From: Clostridiales bacterium
GTDB taxonomy: Bacteria > Bacillota > Clostridia > Christensenellales > Borkfalkiaceae
Length of the DNA stretch: 64,000 nucleotides
NCBI GenBank assembly: GCA_022508265.1
Contig: JAFLVP010000003.1
Coordinates: forward strand, 39,500-103,499
Reading direction: 5' to 3'
The notes beneath the pieces are model-generated. The model had not been told where the DNA came from, did no database searches, and saw only the letters and a list, made by a program, of their open reading frames with translations. Shown in pieces: positions 18,453 through 27,060 of the stretch; position 1 is the stretch's first letter, and every line of letters begins with the position of its first letter. Both the position numbers and the translations under genes were made by a program.

Positions 18453-18483
18453 TTAAAATAAAAACGCACCGTAAACGGTGCGT
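18453..18483 (-). terminator. Riboswitch expression-platform terminator
   Basis: Minus strand: ACGCACCG-TTTA-CGGTGCGT followed by TTTTTATTTTA, 35 nt upstream of the thiT-like start. Confidence 0.75.
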
Positions 18484-18494
18484 AGAAAAAACTT

Positions 18495-18580
18495 TTCTTT
18501 ATCATCTTTCGCTCAACAATTACGTTGCCGATTCCAATGGTATAATCTCAGCTTTTTACAGCACCCACGACGGTATTAAA
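18495..18580 (-). promoter_or_regulatory. TPP (THI-box) riboswitch aptamer
   Basis: Minus strand reads ...CGTCGTGGGTGCTGTAAAAAGCTGAGATTATACCATTGGAATCGGCAACGTAATTGTTGAGCGAAAGATGA. GGGTGC, GCTGAGA, ACC and the stem-loop-AGCG core elements are in THI-box order, upstream of a thiamine transporter. Confidence 0.7.
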
Positions 18581-18595
18581 TTATTTTGTATTTAA

Positions 18596-18624
18596 AGTAT
18601 ATAGCGTAATTATGTTAATGTCAA
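18596..18624 (-). promoter_or_regulatory. Sigma-70-type promoter for the riboswitch and thiT
   Basis: Minus strand: TTGACA, 17 nt spacer, TATACT. Confidence 0.6.
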
Positions 18625-18639
18625 CAAAAATTCGTATAT

Positions 18640-18676
18640 TATAAAAATAAACGGCGCGGAGCTTGCTCCGCGCCGA
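18640..18676 (-). terminator. Intrinsic terminator after tsf
   Basis: Minus strand: CGGCGCGGAGC-AAG-CTCCGCGCCG followed by TTTATTTTTAT. Confidence 0.85.
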
Positions 18677-18688
18677 AATTGTTTTAAA

Positions 18689-19591
18689 TTATTTCTTCAT
18701 TGACTCGATTTGTTTAGCGACTTCGTCCTGAAGGTTTTCGCTCTTCTTTTCAAGGCCCTCGCCCATTTCAAAGCGGGCAAAGCGGGCAACTACGAACTTG
18801 TTGCCGATAACCTGCGCAACCTTCTGCGTGTCGTCCTTTACGTAGGGCTGTTCGAGTAAGCAGCTCTCGGAATAGAACTTGCCCATCTTGCCCATAACGA
18901 TTTTTTCGAGAATTTCCTTGGGCTTGCTTGCATTCTTGGGGTCGTTCTGCATCTGAACGAGCATAATTTCCTTTTCTTTTTCAAGAACTTCCGCGGGAAC
19001 GTCGCTGTTCTTTACATAATAGGGCTTGGATGCAGCAATCTGCAGAGCTATATCGTGAAGAATTTCTTCCGAGCCGTCCTTGTAGTCGACAGCCTCAACC
19101 ATAACGCCGACCTTGCCGCCCATGTGGATATAGGTTTCAAGCTTGCCCTTGGTGGTGTAAATTTCAAAGCGGCGGATAGAAATCTTTTCGCCGATAACAG
19201 CCGTCTGCGCCGTGATATAGTCTTTAACCGTGCCGTCGCCGAGCTTGCAAGCCTCGAGCGCCGCAACGTCTGCGGGCTTGTTCTGGGCAACTACTTTTGC
19301 AACCGTATCGATTATTTCGTGGAATTTATCGCCGCGGGAAACGAAGTCGCTCTCGCAGTTAATTTCCAAGAGAACGCCCGTGCCGCACTCCTTGCAAACG
19401 AACGCGCCTACTGCGCCCTCTGCAGCAACTCTGCCTTCCTTTTTGACAGCCTTTGCAATGCCGCGCTCTCTCAAAAGCTCGGCAGCCTTTTCCATATCGC
19501 CGTCTGCGTCCTCAAGTGCCTTCTTGCAATCGAGCATACCTGCGCCGCTCTTTTCGCGCAAATCTTTAACGTCCTGTGCTGTGAATGCCAT
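18689..19591 (-). CDS. tsf: Elongation factor Ts
   Basis: 300 aa, MAFTAQDVKDLREKSGAGMLDCKKAL (UBA-like N-terminus). rpsB-tsf pair. Confidence 0.97.
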   Translation of the reverse strand: MAFTAQDVKDLREKSGAGMLDCKKALEDADGDMEKAAELLRERGIAKAVKKEGRVAAEGAVGAFVCKECGTGVLLEINCESDFVSRGDKFHEIIDTVAKVVAQNKPADVAALEACKLGDGTVKDYITAQTAVIGEKISIRRFEIYTTKGKLETYIHMGGKVGVMVEAVDYKDGSEEILHDIALQIAASKPYYVKNSDVPAEVLEKEKEIMLVQMQNDPKNASKPKEILEKIVMGKMGKFYSESCLLEQPYVKDDTQKVAQVIGNKFVVARFARFEMGEGLEKKSENLQDEVAKQIESMKK

Positions 19592-19608
19592 AATCTATTC
19601 TCCTTTAA

Positions 19609-20385
19609 TTACTTCTCTATTTCTTCTACGGAGGGCTCTGCCGCCTCTACTACTTCCTCTATGGAAGTGGGTTCCGCAGTGTCTTCGGGCACAACGTAAG
19701 CCTCGCCCTGATTCGCCTCTATTACGGCGTTAGCGATAACCGACGAAATGAGCTTGACCGCTCTAATAGCGTCGTCGTTACCGGGGATTACGCAGTCGAT
19801 AAGATCGGGGTCGCAGTTGGTGTCGGTAATTGCAACGATGGGGATGTTGAGCTTGCGTGCTTCCGCAACCGCAATATCCTCGCAGTTGGGGTCAACGATG
19901 AACATAACGCCGGGGAGCTTGTTCATATCTCTTATACCGCCGAGGTTGGTCTGCAACTTGTCGTATTCTTCTTTGAGTTTTGCAACTTCCTTTTTGGGGA
20001 GAAGGTCGAACTCGCCGTTTTGTTCCATTTTTTCAATCTTAACCATTCTGTCGACGCGCGAACGAATAGTCTTGAAGTTGGTGAGCGTACCGCCCAGCCA
20101 ACGGGAGTTTACGTAGTACATACCGCAGCGCAGAGCCTCTTCCTTGATTGCGTCCTGCGCCTGCTTTTTCGTTCCTACGAAGAGAACGGACTTGCCCTCT
20201 TTAACCGCATCGCATACGAACTTGTATGCCTCTTCCACAAGACCGACCGTCAAAGAAAGGTCGATAATGTGAATATCGTTACGAGCGGCATAGATGTACT
20301 TTGCCATCTTGGGGTTCCACTTTCTCGTCTGATGCCCGAAATGCACGCCTGCTTCGAGCAGTTGCTTCATTGTTATAACTGCCAT
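19609..20385 (-). CDS. rpsB: 30S ribosomal protein S2
   Basis: 258 aa, [19 protein letters not shown] is canonical S2. Confidence 0.97.
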   Translation of the reverse strand: MAVITMKQLLEAGVHFGHQTRKWNPKMAKYIYAARNDIHIIDLSLTVGLVEEAYKFVCDAVKEGKSVLFVGTKKQAQDAIKEEALRCGMYYVNSRWLGGTLTNFKTIRSRVDRMVKIEKMEQNGEFDLLPKKEVAKLKEEYDKLQTNLGGIRDMNKLPGVMFIVDPNCEDIAVAEARKLNIPIVAITDTNCDPDLIDCVIPGNDDAIRAVKLISSVIANAVIEANQGEAYVVPEDTAEPTSIEEVVEAAEPSVEEIEK

Positions 20386-20504
20386 TTAATTCCTCCGTTT
20401 GCCTCCCCGAAAGCGCGGCTTTTTCGGCATTTATAACGGCATAGAATAGATTTACCGTCACGGACTGCCCGCCTCTCGGGTGTGAATTTTTTTACAGCCT
20501 TTGT

Positions 20505-20533
20505 ATTTTAGCAAAATTTTCCGCAGTTGTCAA
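20505..20533 (-). promoter_or_regulatory. Sigma-70-type promoter for rpsB-tsf
   Basis: Minus strand: TTGACA, 17 nt spacer, TAAAAT. Gives a ~110-nt 5' UTR. Confidence 0.65.
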
Positions 20534-20571
20534 AGCTTTTAACCCCATTACATAAAAATAAAGACATTCAG

Positions 20572-21279
20572 TTATGAATGCCCTTTTTGTTCTTCTGATG
20601 TTTTTTTATATTTTAAAATCAAACTGCTCAGCTGTTCGTAAAGTCCCAATATAAGCCCCGCAACAATTCCGCTTGCGTGTCCCAAATTGTTTAAAAGGTC
20701 GTAAGGATACCATTTAAAGGCTACTCTCTCGGTGCCGCCGCAAAAGCACATTGCAAAGTATATCAGCCCAACGACGATTGCCCCGAATACGATATTGAAA
20801 AGATATCTCTTTTCCTTTTGGCAAAGCGTAAATATATACTCTACGAATATGTATCCGTACATCCCGAAGTTGATGCCCGAAAAACCGTGCCACCAAAGGC
20901 TTATATCATTCGTGGTGCTGGCAAATGCCGTAAACAGCGACATCATTACCATAAAAAGCAAAAACGGCAAACTGCCCTTTTTTCTCTCGACGTACAAACC
21001 TGCAATAAAAAAGCAAAGCATATTCAAAAGTGTATGTTGCCAATTTGCGTGGGTGTAAGAGTTTACTAACGCCTGAAAGAGATTTTTCACGGAGAAAGTG
21101 TGCCACTGTGGGGGGTAAGTATAGAACTCGCCCGTGTCCGAACCGTGTACGGCATAGACGATTATATTTAAAAGAACGATAAAAACAGTTACCACAAAAA
21201 CGTAGTTCCTGTTCAAAACTGTCAGCTTTTTGCTCTTATCGTCAAGGCATATCCTGATATCAAAATTGATTTTTGCCAA
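20572..21279 (-). CDS. Rhomboid-family intramembrane serine protease
   Basis: 235 aa, 6-7 TM helices, HGFSGINFG (GxSG catalytic Ser) and a GHASG His-containing helix. Confidence 0.85.
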   Translation of the reverse strand: MAKINFDIRICLDDKSKKLTVLNRNYVFVVTVFIVLLNIIVYAVHGSDTGEFYTYPPQWHTFSVKNLFQALVNSYTHANWQHTLLNMLCFFIAGLYVERKKGSLPFLLFMVMMSLFTAFASTTNDISLWWHGFSGINFGMYGYIFVEYIFTLCQKEKRYLFNIVFGAIVVGLIYFAMCFCGGTERVAFKWYPYDLLNNLGHASGIVAGLILGLYEQLSSLILKYKKTSEEQKGHS

Positions 21280-21294
21280 AGCATTTGCCTCTGA

Positions 21295-21600
21295 TCAGTT
21301 ATTTTCTTCTTCGTCGATTTCGTTCTGGTAAAATTCAAAGACTTCCTCTAAAAGCTTGTCGTCCTCGATGGGCTCCAAAACCTCCTCCACCTCGTTCAGG
21401 CGGAAAATTACCACCTCGTCCTCGGCGATTTCCTCGTTGGGTTCGGCGGCAAGAAGAAGGGTATATTTTACTCCCTTGTACTCCGTTACGTCCAATAGCT
21501 TGAATTTGAGAACATTGCCGTTATCGTCGATAAGTTCAACAATCTCTTCTCCGTCTTCTTCAAGTATTTCGTCCTCGTTTTCAAGAATTTCGTCGCTCAT
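21295..21600 (-). CDS. DUF1292-family acidic protein
   Basis: 101 aa, highly acidic, core ELIDDNGNVLKFKLLDVTEYKGVKYTLL. Conserved neighbour of ruvX in Firmicutes. Confidence 0.85.
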   Translation of the reverse strand: MSDEILENEDEILEEDGEEIVELIDDNGNVLKFKLLDVTEYKGVKYTLLLAAEPNEEIAEDEVVIFRLNEVEEVLEPIEDDKLLEEVFEFYQNEIDEEENN

Positions 21601-21601
21601 A

Positions 21602-22027
21602 TTAAACTCCTTTTTTATTAATTATGGCAAGATATCCGTCTAAAATATTCGCAGCCGCAAGCGCGTCCACGTAGTTTTTGCGCTTTTCCCTTCTCATACC
21701 CTCGCTTATCAGCGTTTGGTGCGCCATTTGCGTTGTAAACCGCTCGTCGCAACACTCCACGGGTATCGAGGTACGCTCTTTAAGCGCCTCGATAAAATTG
21801 CGCGTTTTTACCGTCTGCACTGCCTCGGTTCCGTCGAAGTTGACGGGCAGTCCGCAAATAATTTTGGTTGCGCCCTTTTCCTGCGCTATCTTTATAACTG
21901 CCTCTATATCTTCTTCGAATTTCTTTCGGAAGTAGGTCTGTGAGGGCAGGGCATAGGTGTTGAAAGGGTCGGAGACGGCAACGCCTATTCTTTTATCGCC
22001 TATATCGAACGCGACGTATCTTTCCAT
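21602..22027 (-). CDS. ruvX: Putative pre-16S rRNA nuclease / Holliday-junction resolvase-like YqgF
   Basis: ERYVAFDIGDKRIGVAVSDP motif. ATG at 22027 preferred over the GTG at 22033. Confidence 0.92.
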   Translation of the reverse strand: MERYVAFDIGDKRIGVAVSDPFNTYALPSQTYFRKKFEEDIEAVIKIAQEKGATKIICGLPVNFDGTEAVQTVKTRNFIEALKERTSIPVECCDERFTTQMAHQTLISEGMRREKRKNYVDALAAANILDGYLAIINKKGV

Positions 22028-22033
22028 ACGCAC

Positions 22034-22062
22034 ATTATAACATTAAATTTTGCATATTACAA
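22034..22062 (-). promoter_or_regulatory. Sigma-70-type promoter abutting the ruvX start (possible leaderless mRNA)
   Basis: Minus strand: TTGTAA, 17 nt spacer, TATAAT, then 6 nt (GTGCGT), then ATG. No Shine-Dalgarno sequence. Confidence 0.55.
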
Positions 22063-22069
22063 GTATTTT

Positions 22070-22108
22070 AAAAGTATATTGCCGCAGGCGTTCCGCCTGC
22101 GGCAACAA
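22070..22108 (-). terminator. Probable intrinsic terminator after the YtxH gene
   Basis: TTGCCGCAGGCG-GAA-CGCCTGCGGCAA stem on the minus strand. Weak T-run. Confidence 0.55.
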
Positions 22109-22124
22109 GAAAAGAAAAAGGCGG

Positions 22125-22307
22125 TTATTCTTCCTCGGTTTCAACTTTCTTTTCCATTTCTTCAAGCTTTGTGTCGATATAATTTTCTGCCTTTTTCATT
22201 AAATCTTCCTGATTCTTTTTAACGAGATTCAAAAGCTTGCAGTTGTTCGCCACAATAAGCGCTCCGCCCGCCATACCTAAGGCGAGCCCGAAAATAAATT
22301 TTTCCAC
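22125..22307 (-). CDS. YtxH-domain small membrane-associated protein
   Basis: ORF trimmed to the GTG at 22307, preceded by AAAGGAG plus 6 nt. N-terminal FIFGLALGMAGGALI helix followed by a charged coiled tail, as in YtxH. Confidence 0.65.
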   Translation of the reverse strand: MEKFIFGLALGMAGGALIVANNCKLLNLVKKNQEDLMKKAENYIDTKLEEMEKKVETEEE

Positions 22308-22542
22308 TTTTTTCTCCTTTGGGAAGGCAACCGTTGACAACCCCAAAAGAAACGCTCTGCCAGGTTGTCAGCGGTCAATAATCTGCCGCCCCTCTGCAAT
22401 TAGTTTGTGTCGGACAAATAGTGATATGTATGTAAAATTTATACAGTCATAGTCTAAAATCATTTTTTTCGGCGACCGACATAATTCGACAAACAAAGAC
22501 ATTTTACCGCTTTATAAGACACGCGTTTTGCCCTTGCATTAC

Positions 22543-22571
22543 TTGCCGAAATTTGGCTGAAAATGTATAAT
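22543..22571 (+). promoter_or_regulatory. Sigma-70-type promoter for the 54-aa gene
   Basis: TTGCCG, 17 nt spacer, TATAAT. Confidence 0.6.
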
Positions 22572-22597
22572 ATAATAAAAAAACAAAGGAGGACAAT

Positions 22598-22762
22598 ATG
22601 ATTAAAATACAGAACATCAATGTTACCGAAAGCGATATTGTTTCATCATTGACACCTTTGATGGAAGAATATTTCTGCGGGAAGATTGCCGCTGAAGAGA
22701 ACAAAATTATATTTACTTCCGAAAGCGGACAAACCTTTCAAATTACAGTAACTCAAATTTAA
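22598..22762 (+). CDS. Hypothetical 54-aa protein (below the ORF-track cut-off)
   Basis: AAGGAGG RBS 6 nt upstream of the ATG. Translation: MIKIQNINVTESDIVSSLTPLMEEYFCGKIAAEENKIIFTSESGQTFQITVTQI. Terminator immediately downstream. Confidence 0.6.
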   Translation: MIKIQNINVTESDIVSSLTPLMEEYFCGKIAAEENKIIFTSESGQTFQITVTQI

Positions 22763-22765
22763 TGT

Positions 22766-22797
22766 AACCCGCCCCGATACGCTCGGGGCGGGTTTTT
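22766..22797 (+). terminator. Intrinsic terminator
   Basis: AACCCGCCCCGA-TACGC-TCGGGGCGGGTT followed by TTT. Confidence 0.85.
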
Positions 22798-22799
22798 AG

Positions 22800-23402
22800 T
22801 TAATTTTGCAGATTTTTGATTTGAAGTCTTAAAAGAGAGTTTTCGTCCGTCAGCTTTTTTAAAAGCGCCGTAAGCTTTTTATTTTCCTCTTTTAAAGACG
22901 AAGCGAGGCGGTTATAGAGCCCGTTTATTTCGTCCTCTATCTTCTTTCTTATCTCGTCGCCGCCGCCTGAAATGTTGTTTTCGCGCATTATCTTTTCAAC
23001 GCGCTCGGGCTGTTTGCTCAATACGTTGCGGTACTTGTTCTGATAGCGCAGCATAAGCTTGTCGTTGCCGCCCGAAAGATTTAAAACGGCACGGCGCACG
23101 GACACGCCCTTTGACTTCTGCTCTAAAATTCTCTTTAAGATTTCGTCCGTTTCCTCTTCGGAGAAGGGCATAATCTTTTCCGCCGAAAGGTTCTTGCCGT
23201 GCAACATATTTTTAACCCTCTCGTCGCCCGTGCTTCTGAGGAGTGCGTAGTAATAATTTCTTACGCTCCCCTTTGCTCTGCCCGTTTTTTGCGCGTAGGA
23301 AGCGAACAGCCCCGACAGAGTTCTACCCTCCTTTTTGCCGTTATAAATGTACTCTACAAGGTTTTTTGCCTCTTCCTCCGTGTAGCCGTTGATTTTATTC
23401 AT
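22800..23402 (-). CDS. Myb/SANT-like (RsfA-like) DNA-binding protein with C-terminal coiled coil
   Basis: 200 aa. Two helix-rich segments resemble the RsfA/Myb fold (YTEEEAKNLVEYI...GSVRNYYYALLR; FSEEETDEILKRI). The C-terminus is heptad-like (LKKLTDENSLLRLQIKNLQ). Family call is tentative. Confidence 0.5.
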   Translation of the reverse strand: MNKINGYTEEEAKNLVEYIYNGKKEGRTLSGLFASYAQKTGRAKGSVRNYYYALLRSTGDERVKNMLHGKNLSAEKIMPFSEEETDEILKRILEQKSKGVSVRRAVLNLSGGNDKLMLRYQNKYRNVLSKQPERVEKIMRENNISGGGDEIRKKIEDEINGLYNRLASSLKEENKKLTALLKKLTDENSLLRLQIKNLQN

Positions 23403-23498
23403 ACTTGTCTACTCCTTTTTTTATTCCATTAAAAATTACACTCTCTTTATTGACATAATTTTTTGTTGATATTCATTAACTAATAAAAAAGGTGTAAA

Positions 23499-24431
23499 AT
23501 GAGAGTTTATTTTTTGTCATACAAGGCGGCTATTTTAAAGCTGAACGGGCTGTACGTCGGCGGCATAGATTTATTTGAAAGGCACATTGAAATTGACCTT
23601 GCGGACAGCGTACTTGCCGAAATCGTACCGGGCGAAAATCTGCAACCCGTCAATTTTTTCATAAACGAAGATCTGCTTACCAATCCGCCCGAGTTTATGG
23701 ACGTGTACCTTATGGGCGGAGAGGCGCTCATATATATAAGGGCGTACGGGAACAAGGACGCGGGGCTTAAAGTTATTGCACAGACGAGGTTTTACGGAAA
23801 CCTTGTAACCATATTTTCACAGGGAGGAATTTACCTCTCCGTGGAAGGCGGGGAATACTCGCTTATACCCCTGCCTGCGGGTTTTGCGGGCGCGAAGTTC
23901 GAAGAAAAATCAATATCAAATCTGCCCGTACTCGAAATAAAGAGCGGAAACGCCCTTTTAATACTCTCCGACAAGGGCAAGCGGATTTTTATGAACCGCG
24001 TTTTGAAAGCCGACTATAAAGACACCCTTGGAATAGAAGCGGCGTTCGAAACCTGCACCGCCGCGAAAGCCGTGTGCTCCTACTCCTACGACGGCGAAAA
24101 ATTGACCCTCGTATCCTCTGAAACGGTTGAAACCCACCCGCCCGAAAGGGGAATTCTGCACTTTGCTTTCTTTGAGTGCGTGCTGACCTGCGGAGATTTT
24201 GCCGAATACCTTGACGAAAGCTTAAAGGATAAGGCAGGCTCCCTTAAAAGTTATCTCGGCGAGTTTGTCAGCGTTACCGTTCCAACCGAAAAGTTTTACG
24301 CAGAACACCCTGCGGAACAGTCGGCGGGGCTGGTCTATCCCAAGGGCGCAAACCTTTTCGAAGTGAAATATTTTGCAACCCAAATTTCCAAAGACGGAAA
24401 AATAACAAACATCTACCCCGTAGAAAATTAA
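23499..24431 (+). CDS. Hypothetical protein, 310 aa
   Basis: Long ORF with an AAAGGTG RBS and a terminator. No motif recognised. Confidence 0.6.
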   Translation: MRVYFLSYKAAILKLNGLYVGGIDLFERHIEIDLADSVLAEIVPGENLQPVNFFINEDLLTNPPEFMDVYLMGGEALIYIRAYGNKDAGLKVIAQTRFYGNLVTIFSQGGIYLSVEGGEYSLIPLPAGFAGAKFEEKSISNLPVLEIKSGNALLILSDKGKRIFMNRVLKADYKDTLGIEAAFETCTAAKAVCSYSYDGEKLTLVSSETVETHPPERGILHFAFFECVLTCGDFAEYLDESLKDKAGSLKSYLGEFVSVTVPTEKFYAEHPAEQSAGLVYPKGANLFEVKYFATQISKDGKITNIYPVEN

Positions 24432-24434
24432 TAT

Positions 24435-24463
24435 GGCGCGGCTTTTAAGCCGCGCCTTTTATT
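24435..24463. terminator. Bidirectional intrinsic terminator
   Basis: GGCGCGGC-TTTTAA-GCCGCGCC followed by TTTTATTT, between convergent genes. Confidence 0.85.
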
Positions 24464-24476
24464 TATATTACGGATT

Positions 24477-26582
24477 TTAACAGCCACGGCTTCTGCCACC
24501 GCCGCCTCCGCCGCCGTGCGAGCCGTGATGACCTCCGCCGCCTCCGCTGAAGTGACGACTGCCTCCGCCCGAGGACGAAGTGTGTCTTGCGGGTAAGCTG
24601 TGGAAATGCGAGTGATACATACAGCGGCAAATCCACCTGACCTTGATACCCTCACTCATATACTCGGGGAGATTGAAGGACAGGGCGGCAAATCTCTTTT
24701 CAACCTTGTCGCTTATGCCCATAATTACACACCAGGCGAGAATATCCGAAAAATATTCGGGGTTTTCGTCGAACAAAAGCTGTATTTTGGGCAGTTCCGC
24801 CTTTAAAAGGAAGGTTTCAAAGCCCTTTAATCTACCGTAAGTTTTCTGTGCCTCCTCAGTCCTTACGCCCTTTACAAAGAAAGGTAAAACGAACACGCAA
24901 ATTACCCAAATTATGGGCGATATCCACAGGAGACCGATATAGTCGTACGCCGTGAGCGCAAAAAATACGGAAAACAACGCGAACACTCCGCCGTAGAACA
25001 CAACGGGGAAAAGCATATATAAAAGGGCTGTCGGATTTTGTCTCCACATAACGCCCGTATAGGTTCCCGCCGCCATAAATATGATGAAGAACACGGGGAA
25101 GATTTCGCCGAGAAGCAAGCCGTAAAATATCAATACTCCGAGCGTGGGGATAAGCCCTATAAACGGAAGCGCCGTGCGCACCTTTTCCGTATTGCCCTTT
25201 ACGTGCTCCTTATCCTTGCCTTCGTCGGTAAGCTCCTTTATATTGTCAAAGAAAGCCGACTTACTGCTGTTTGATTTGCTCTTGAAAGTGCGGGTCGAGA
25301 AAAATCCGTCGCCGCCAATGCCTAAAAAGAGACGGAAATAAAACTTTTTCTCTACAATGCTGTCGAAGTATTTTTTGTCCGCATCAGAGTAAATAGCGGT
25401 AGCTTGCTCGCTCTTTTCTCCCTCCGCGGGCTTGGCGCCTTGATTTTGAGAAAGCTCGGTAGACACTTCTGCCTTTGCGCTCTTTAATCTGAAGGTGCTA
25501 AAATCGTATATTCCCGTGGGGCGCAGAATTAAGTCCTTTTCCCCGTCCTTTTCTATCGTCAAAAGTCCGAGGTTTGCCCACTTTAAGATGAGCGCCGCCG
25601 AGTCCTTTGCCCTTGCGCCCCTGTGCCATATCGAGGAAAACTCCATTACGGACATTCCCTCCGGGGGATAAAATTCCACAACTTCAAGCGTCTTGCCCTG
25701 CAAAAAATTTCTTAAAAATAATATCAAAGCAAGCGCAATCCCGCCGACTGCACAGATTATTGCAATTATATAGTACCAATAGAACGTGAGGGAAGCCTCG
25801 GAAAAATATCCGTCTGGCAGAATTACCTGCACAGTATAGCCCTTGTTCTCTGCCTTGGGGTATGCCGTAAATTGAATGTAATTACTTCCTATTTGCAGGC
25901 TCTCGGGCTCGTACTCGTTTTCAAGGTCCGGACTCCACTCAAATACCTCGGAGCGACCCGACTTATTGGTTCTGATTGAAACCTTATCCGAAGAAATATT
26001 TGCGGGAAAGGTTATTTTTGCGGTTAATACTTCCGTCTTGTTCATTTCGTAGCCGAGCACGTCGAAAATAAAGTCGTCGTAGCCCGAGACCTTGTCGTCG
26101 CTCATATCGTAGGCGTATTCGAGCACAAAGGTGTGCTCGCCCTCTTCGATTTTTCCGCTCGGCTTGCGCATATATATTGAGTACATTTCCGAGCTTGTTT
26201 CTATTTGGGGCTTTATAGTCGTGCCGTCGTAGCTCGCCTTTACGTTTTTAAGCTGTGCGTAAAAACTCTTGCCCTTGACCTTTTTGCCGTCTATGTAGCG
26301 TGTAGTCGTGGTCTGGCGCTGAATATCCCTTACAATGCCCCTGTTTATACCCGAGTCTTTGAAATAGGTTACAAGGGTTTCTTTAACGGTGTAGACCTTG
26401 TTCTTACCCACTTCGATTTCTACGTCTATCCGGTTAAATTCAAAGTTCGTGTCAAGCGAGCTTGAAGCCGCATATGCCGCTTCAGGCGTACCCAAAGAGC
26501 TTACAAAAGTCGAGCAGACAAGGGTTAAAAGTATGAGCGCAAGTGCGGCAAGTACCGCAAAGATGTTTTTTGTTTTTTTCAT
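24477..26582 (-). CDS. DUF2207-family membrane protein
   Basis: 701 aa. N-terminal signal/TM, a large extracytoplasmic domain, a multi-TM C-terminal half and a Gly-rich tail (SGGGGGHHGSHGGGGGGGRSRGC) characteristic of DUF2207. Confidence 0.75.
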   Translation of the reverse strand: MKKTKNIFAVLAALALILLTLVCSTFVSSLGTPEAAYAASSSLDTNFEFNRIDVEIEVGKNKVYTVKETLVTYFKDSGINRGIVRDIQRQTTTTRYIDGKKVKGKSFYAQLKNVKASYDGTTIKPQIETSSEMYSIYMRKPSGKIEEGEHTFVLEYAYDMSDDKVSGYDDFIFDVLGYEMNKTEVLTAKITFPANISSDKVSIRTNKSGRSEVFEWSPDLENEYEPESLQIGSNYIQFTAYPKAENKGYTVQVILPDGYFSEASLTFYWYYIIAIICAVGGIALALILFLRNFLQGKTLEVVEFYPPEGMSVMEFSSIWHRGARAKDSAALILKWANLGLLTIEKDGEKDLILRPTGIYDFSTFRLKSAKAEVSTELSQNQGAKPAEGEKSEQATAIYSDADKKYFDSIVEKKFYFRLFLGIGGDGFFSTRTFKSKSNSSKSAFFDNIKELTDEGKDKEHVKGNTEKVRTALPFIGLIPTLGVLIFYGLLLGEIFPVFFIIFMAAGTYTGVMWRQNPTALLYMLFPVVFYGGVFALFSVFFALTAYDYIGLLWISPIIWVICVFVLPFFVKGVRTEEAQKTYGRLKGFETFLLKAELPKIQLLFDENPEYFSDILAWCVIMGISDKVEKRFAALSFNLPEYMSEGIKVRWICRCMYHSHFHSLPARHTSSSGGGSRHFSGGGGGHHGSHGGGGGGGRSRGC

Positions 26583-26648
26583 AACTCTCTATAAACAAAC
26601 GGACGGCACAATTTGCCGCCGTAAAGCGGGTATTCAGCCCGCGGATTT

Positions 26649-27014
26649 TTATTTGTGTTTTTGAACGTAGTCCTTCATCATATCAAAGGTTACCTTCGAT
26701 ACGACGTGTTCGAGCTCGCACGCGTCCTCGTCCGCGTCCTTTGAATTGACGCCGTGCAGGGTTAAAAATTCGCGTATGGTGCAGTGTCTGTCAAAAATCT
26801 CTTCCGCGTAATTTTTGCCCTTTGTAGTCAAATAGATGTGCATACCGTCGCACTCTATATAGCCGTTTTCAACGAGTATGCGCACCGCCTTTTGCACCGC
26901 GGGTTGGGAAACGCCTATCTTTCTTGCCACATCGACGCGATGAACGAACTCCGTCTCGCGCGAGAGCAATAAAATACATTCAAGATAGTCCTCTGCCGAC
27001 TGACTTTTTTTCAT
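26649..27014 (-). CDS. DtxR/MntR-family metal-dependent transcriptional repressor (short form)
   Basis: 121 aa. SAEDYLECILLL..., HTH VARKIGVSQPAVQKAV, and a dimerisation/metal-site region DRHCTIREFL...ACELEH. Confidence 0.85.
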   Translation of the reverse strand: MKKSQSAEDYLECILLLSRETEFVHRVDVARKIGVSQPAVQKAVRILVENGYIECDGMHIYLTTKGKNYAEEIFDRHCTIREFLTLHGVNSKDADEDACELEHVVSKVTFDMMKDYVQKHK

Positions 27015-27060
27015 CCGTTTCCCCCAACAGCCAAAAAGTAGCTTTTGATTTTTTAAATAT

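Noticed and set aside
22504-22704. 66-codon minus-strand ORF
   Set aside because: The opposite strand carries a 54-codon ORF with a promoter, an AGGAGG RBS and a terminator. The minus-strand ORF has none of these.
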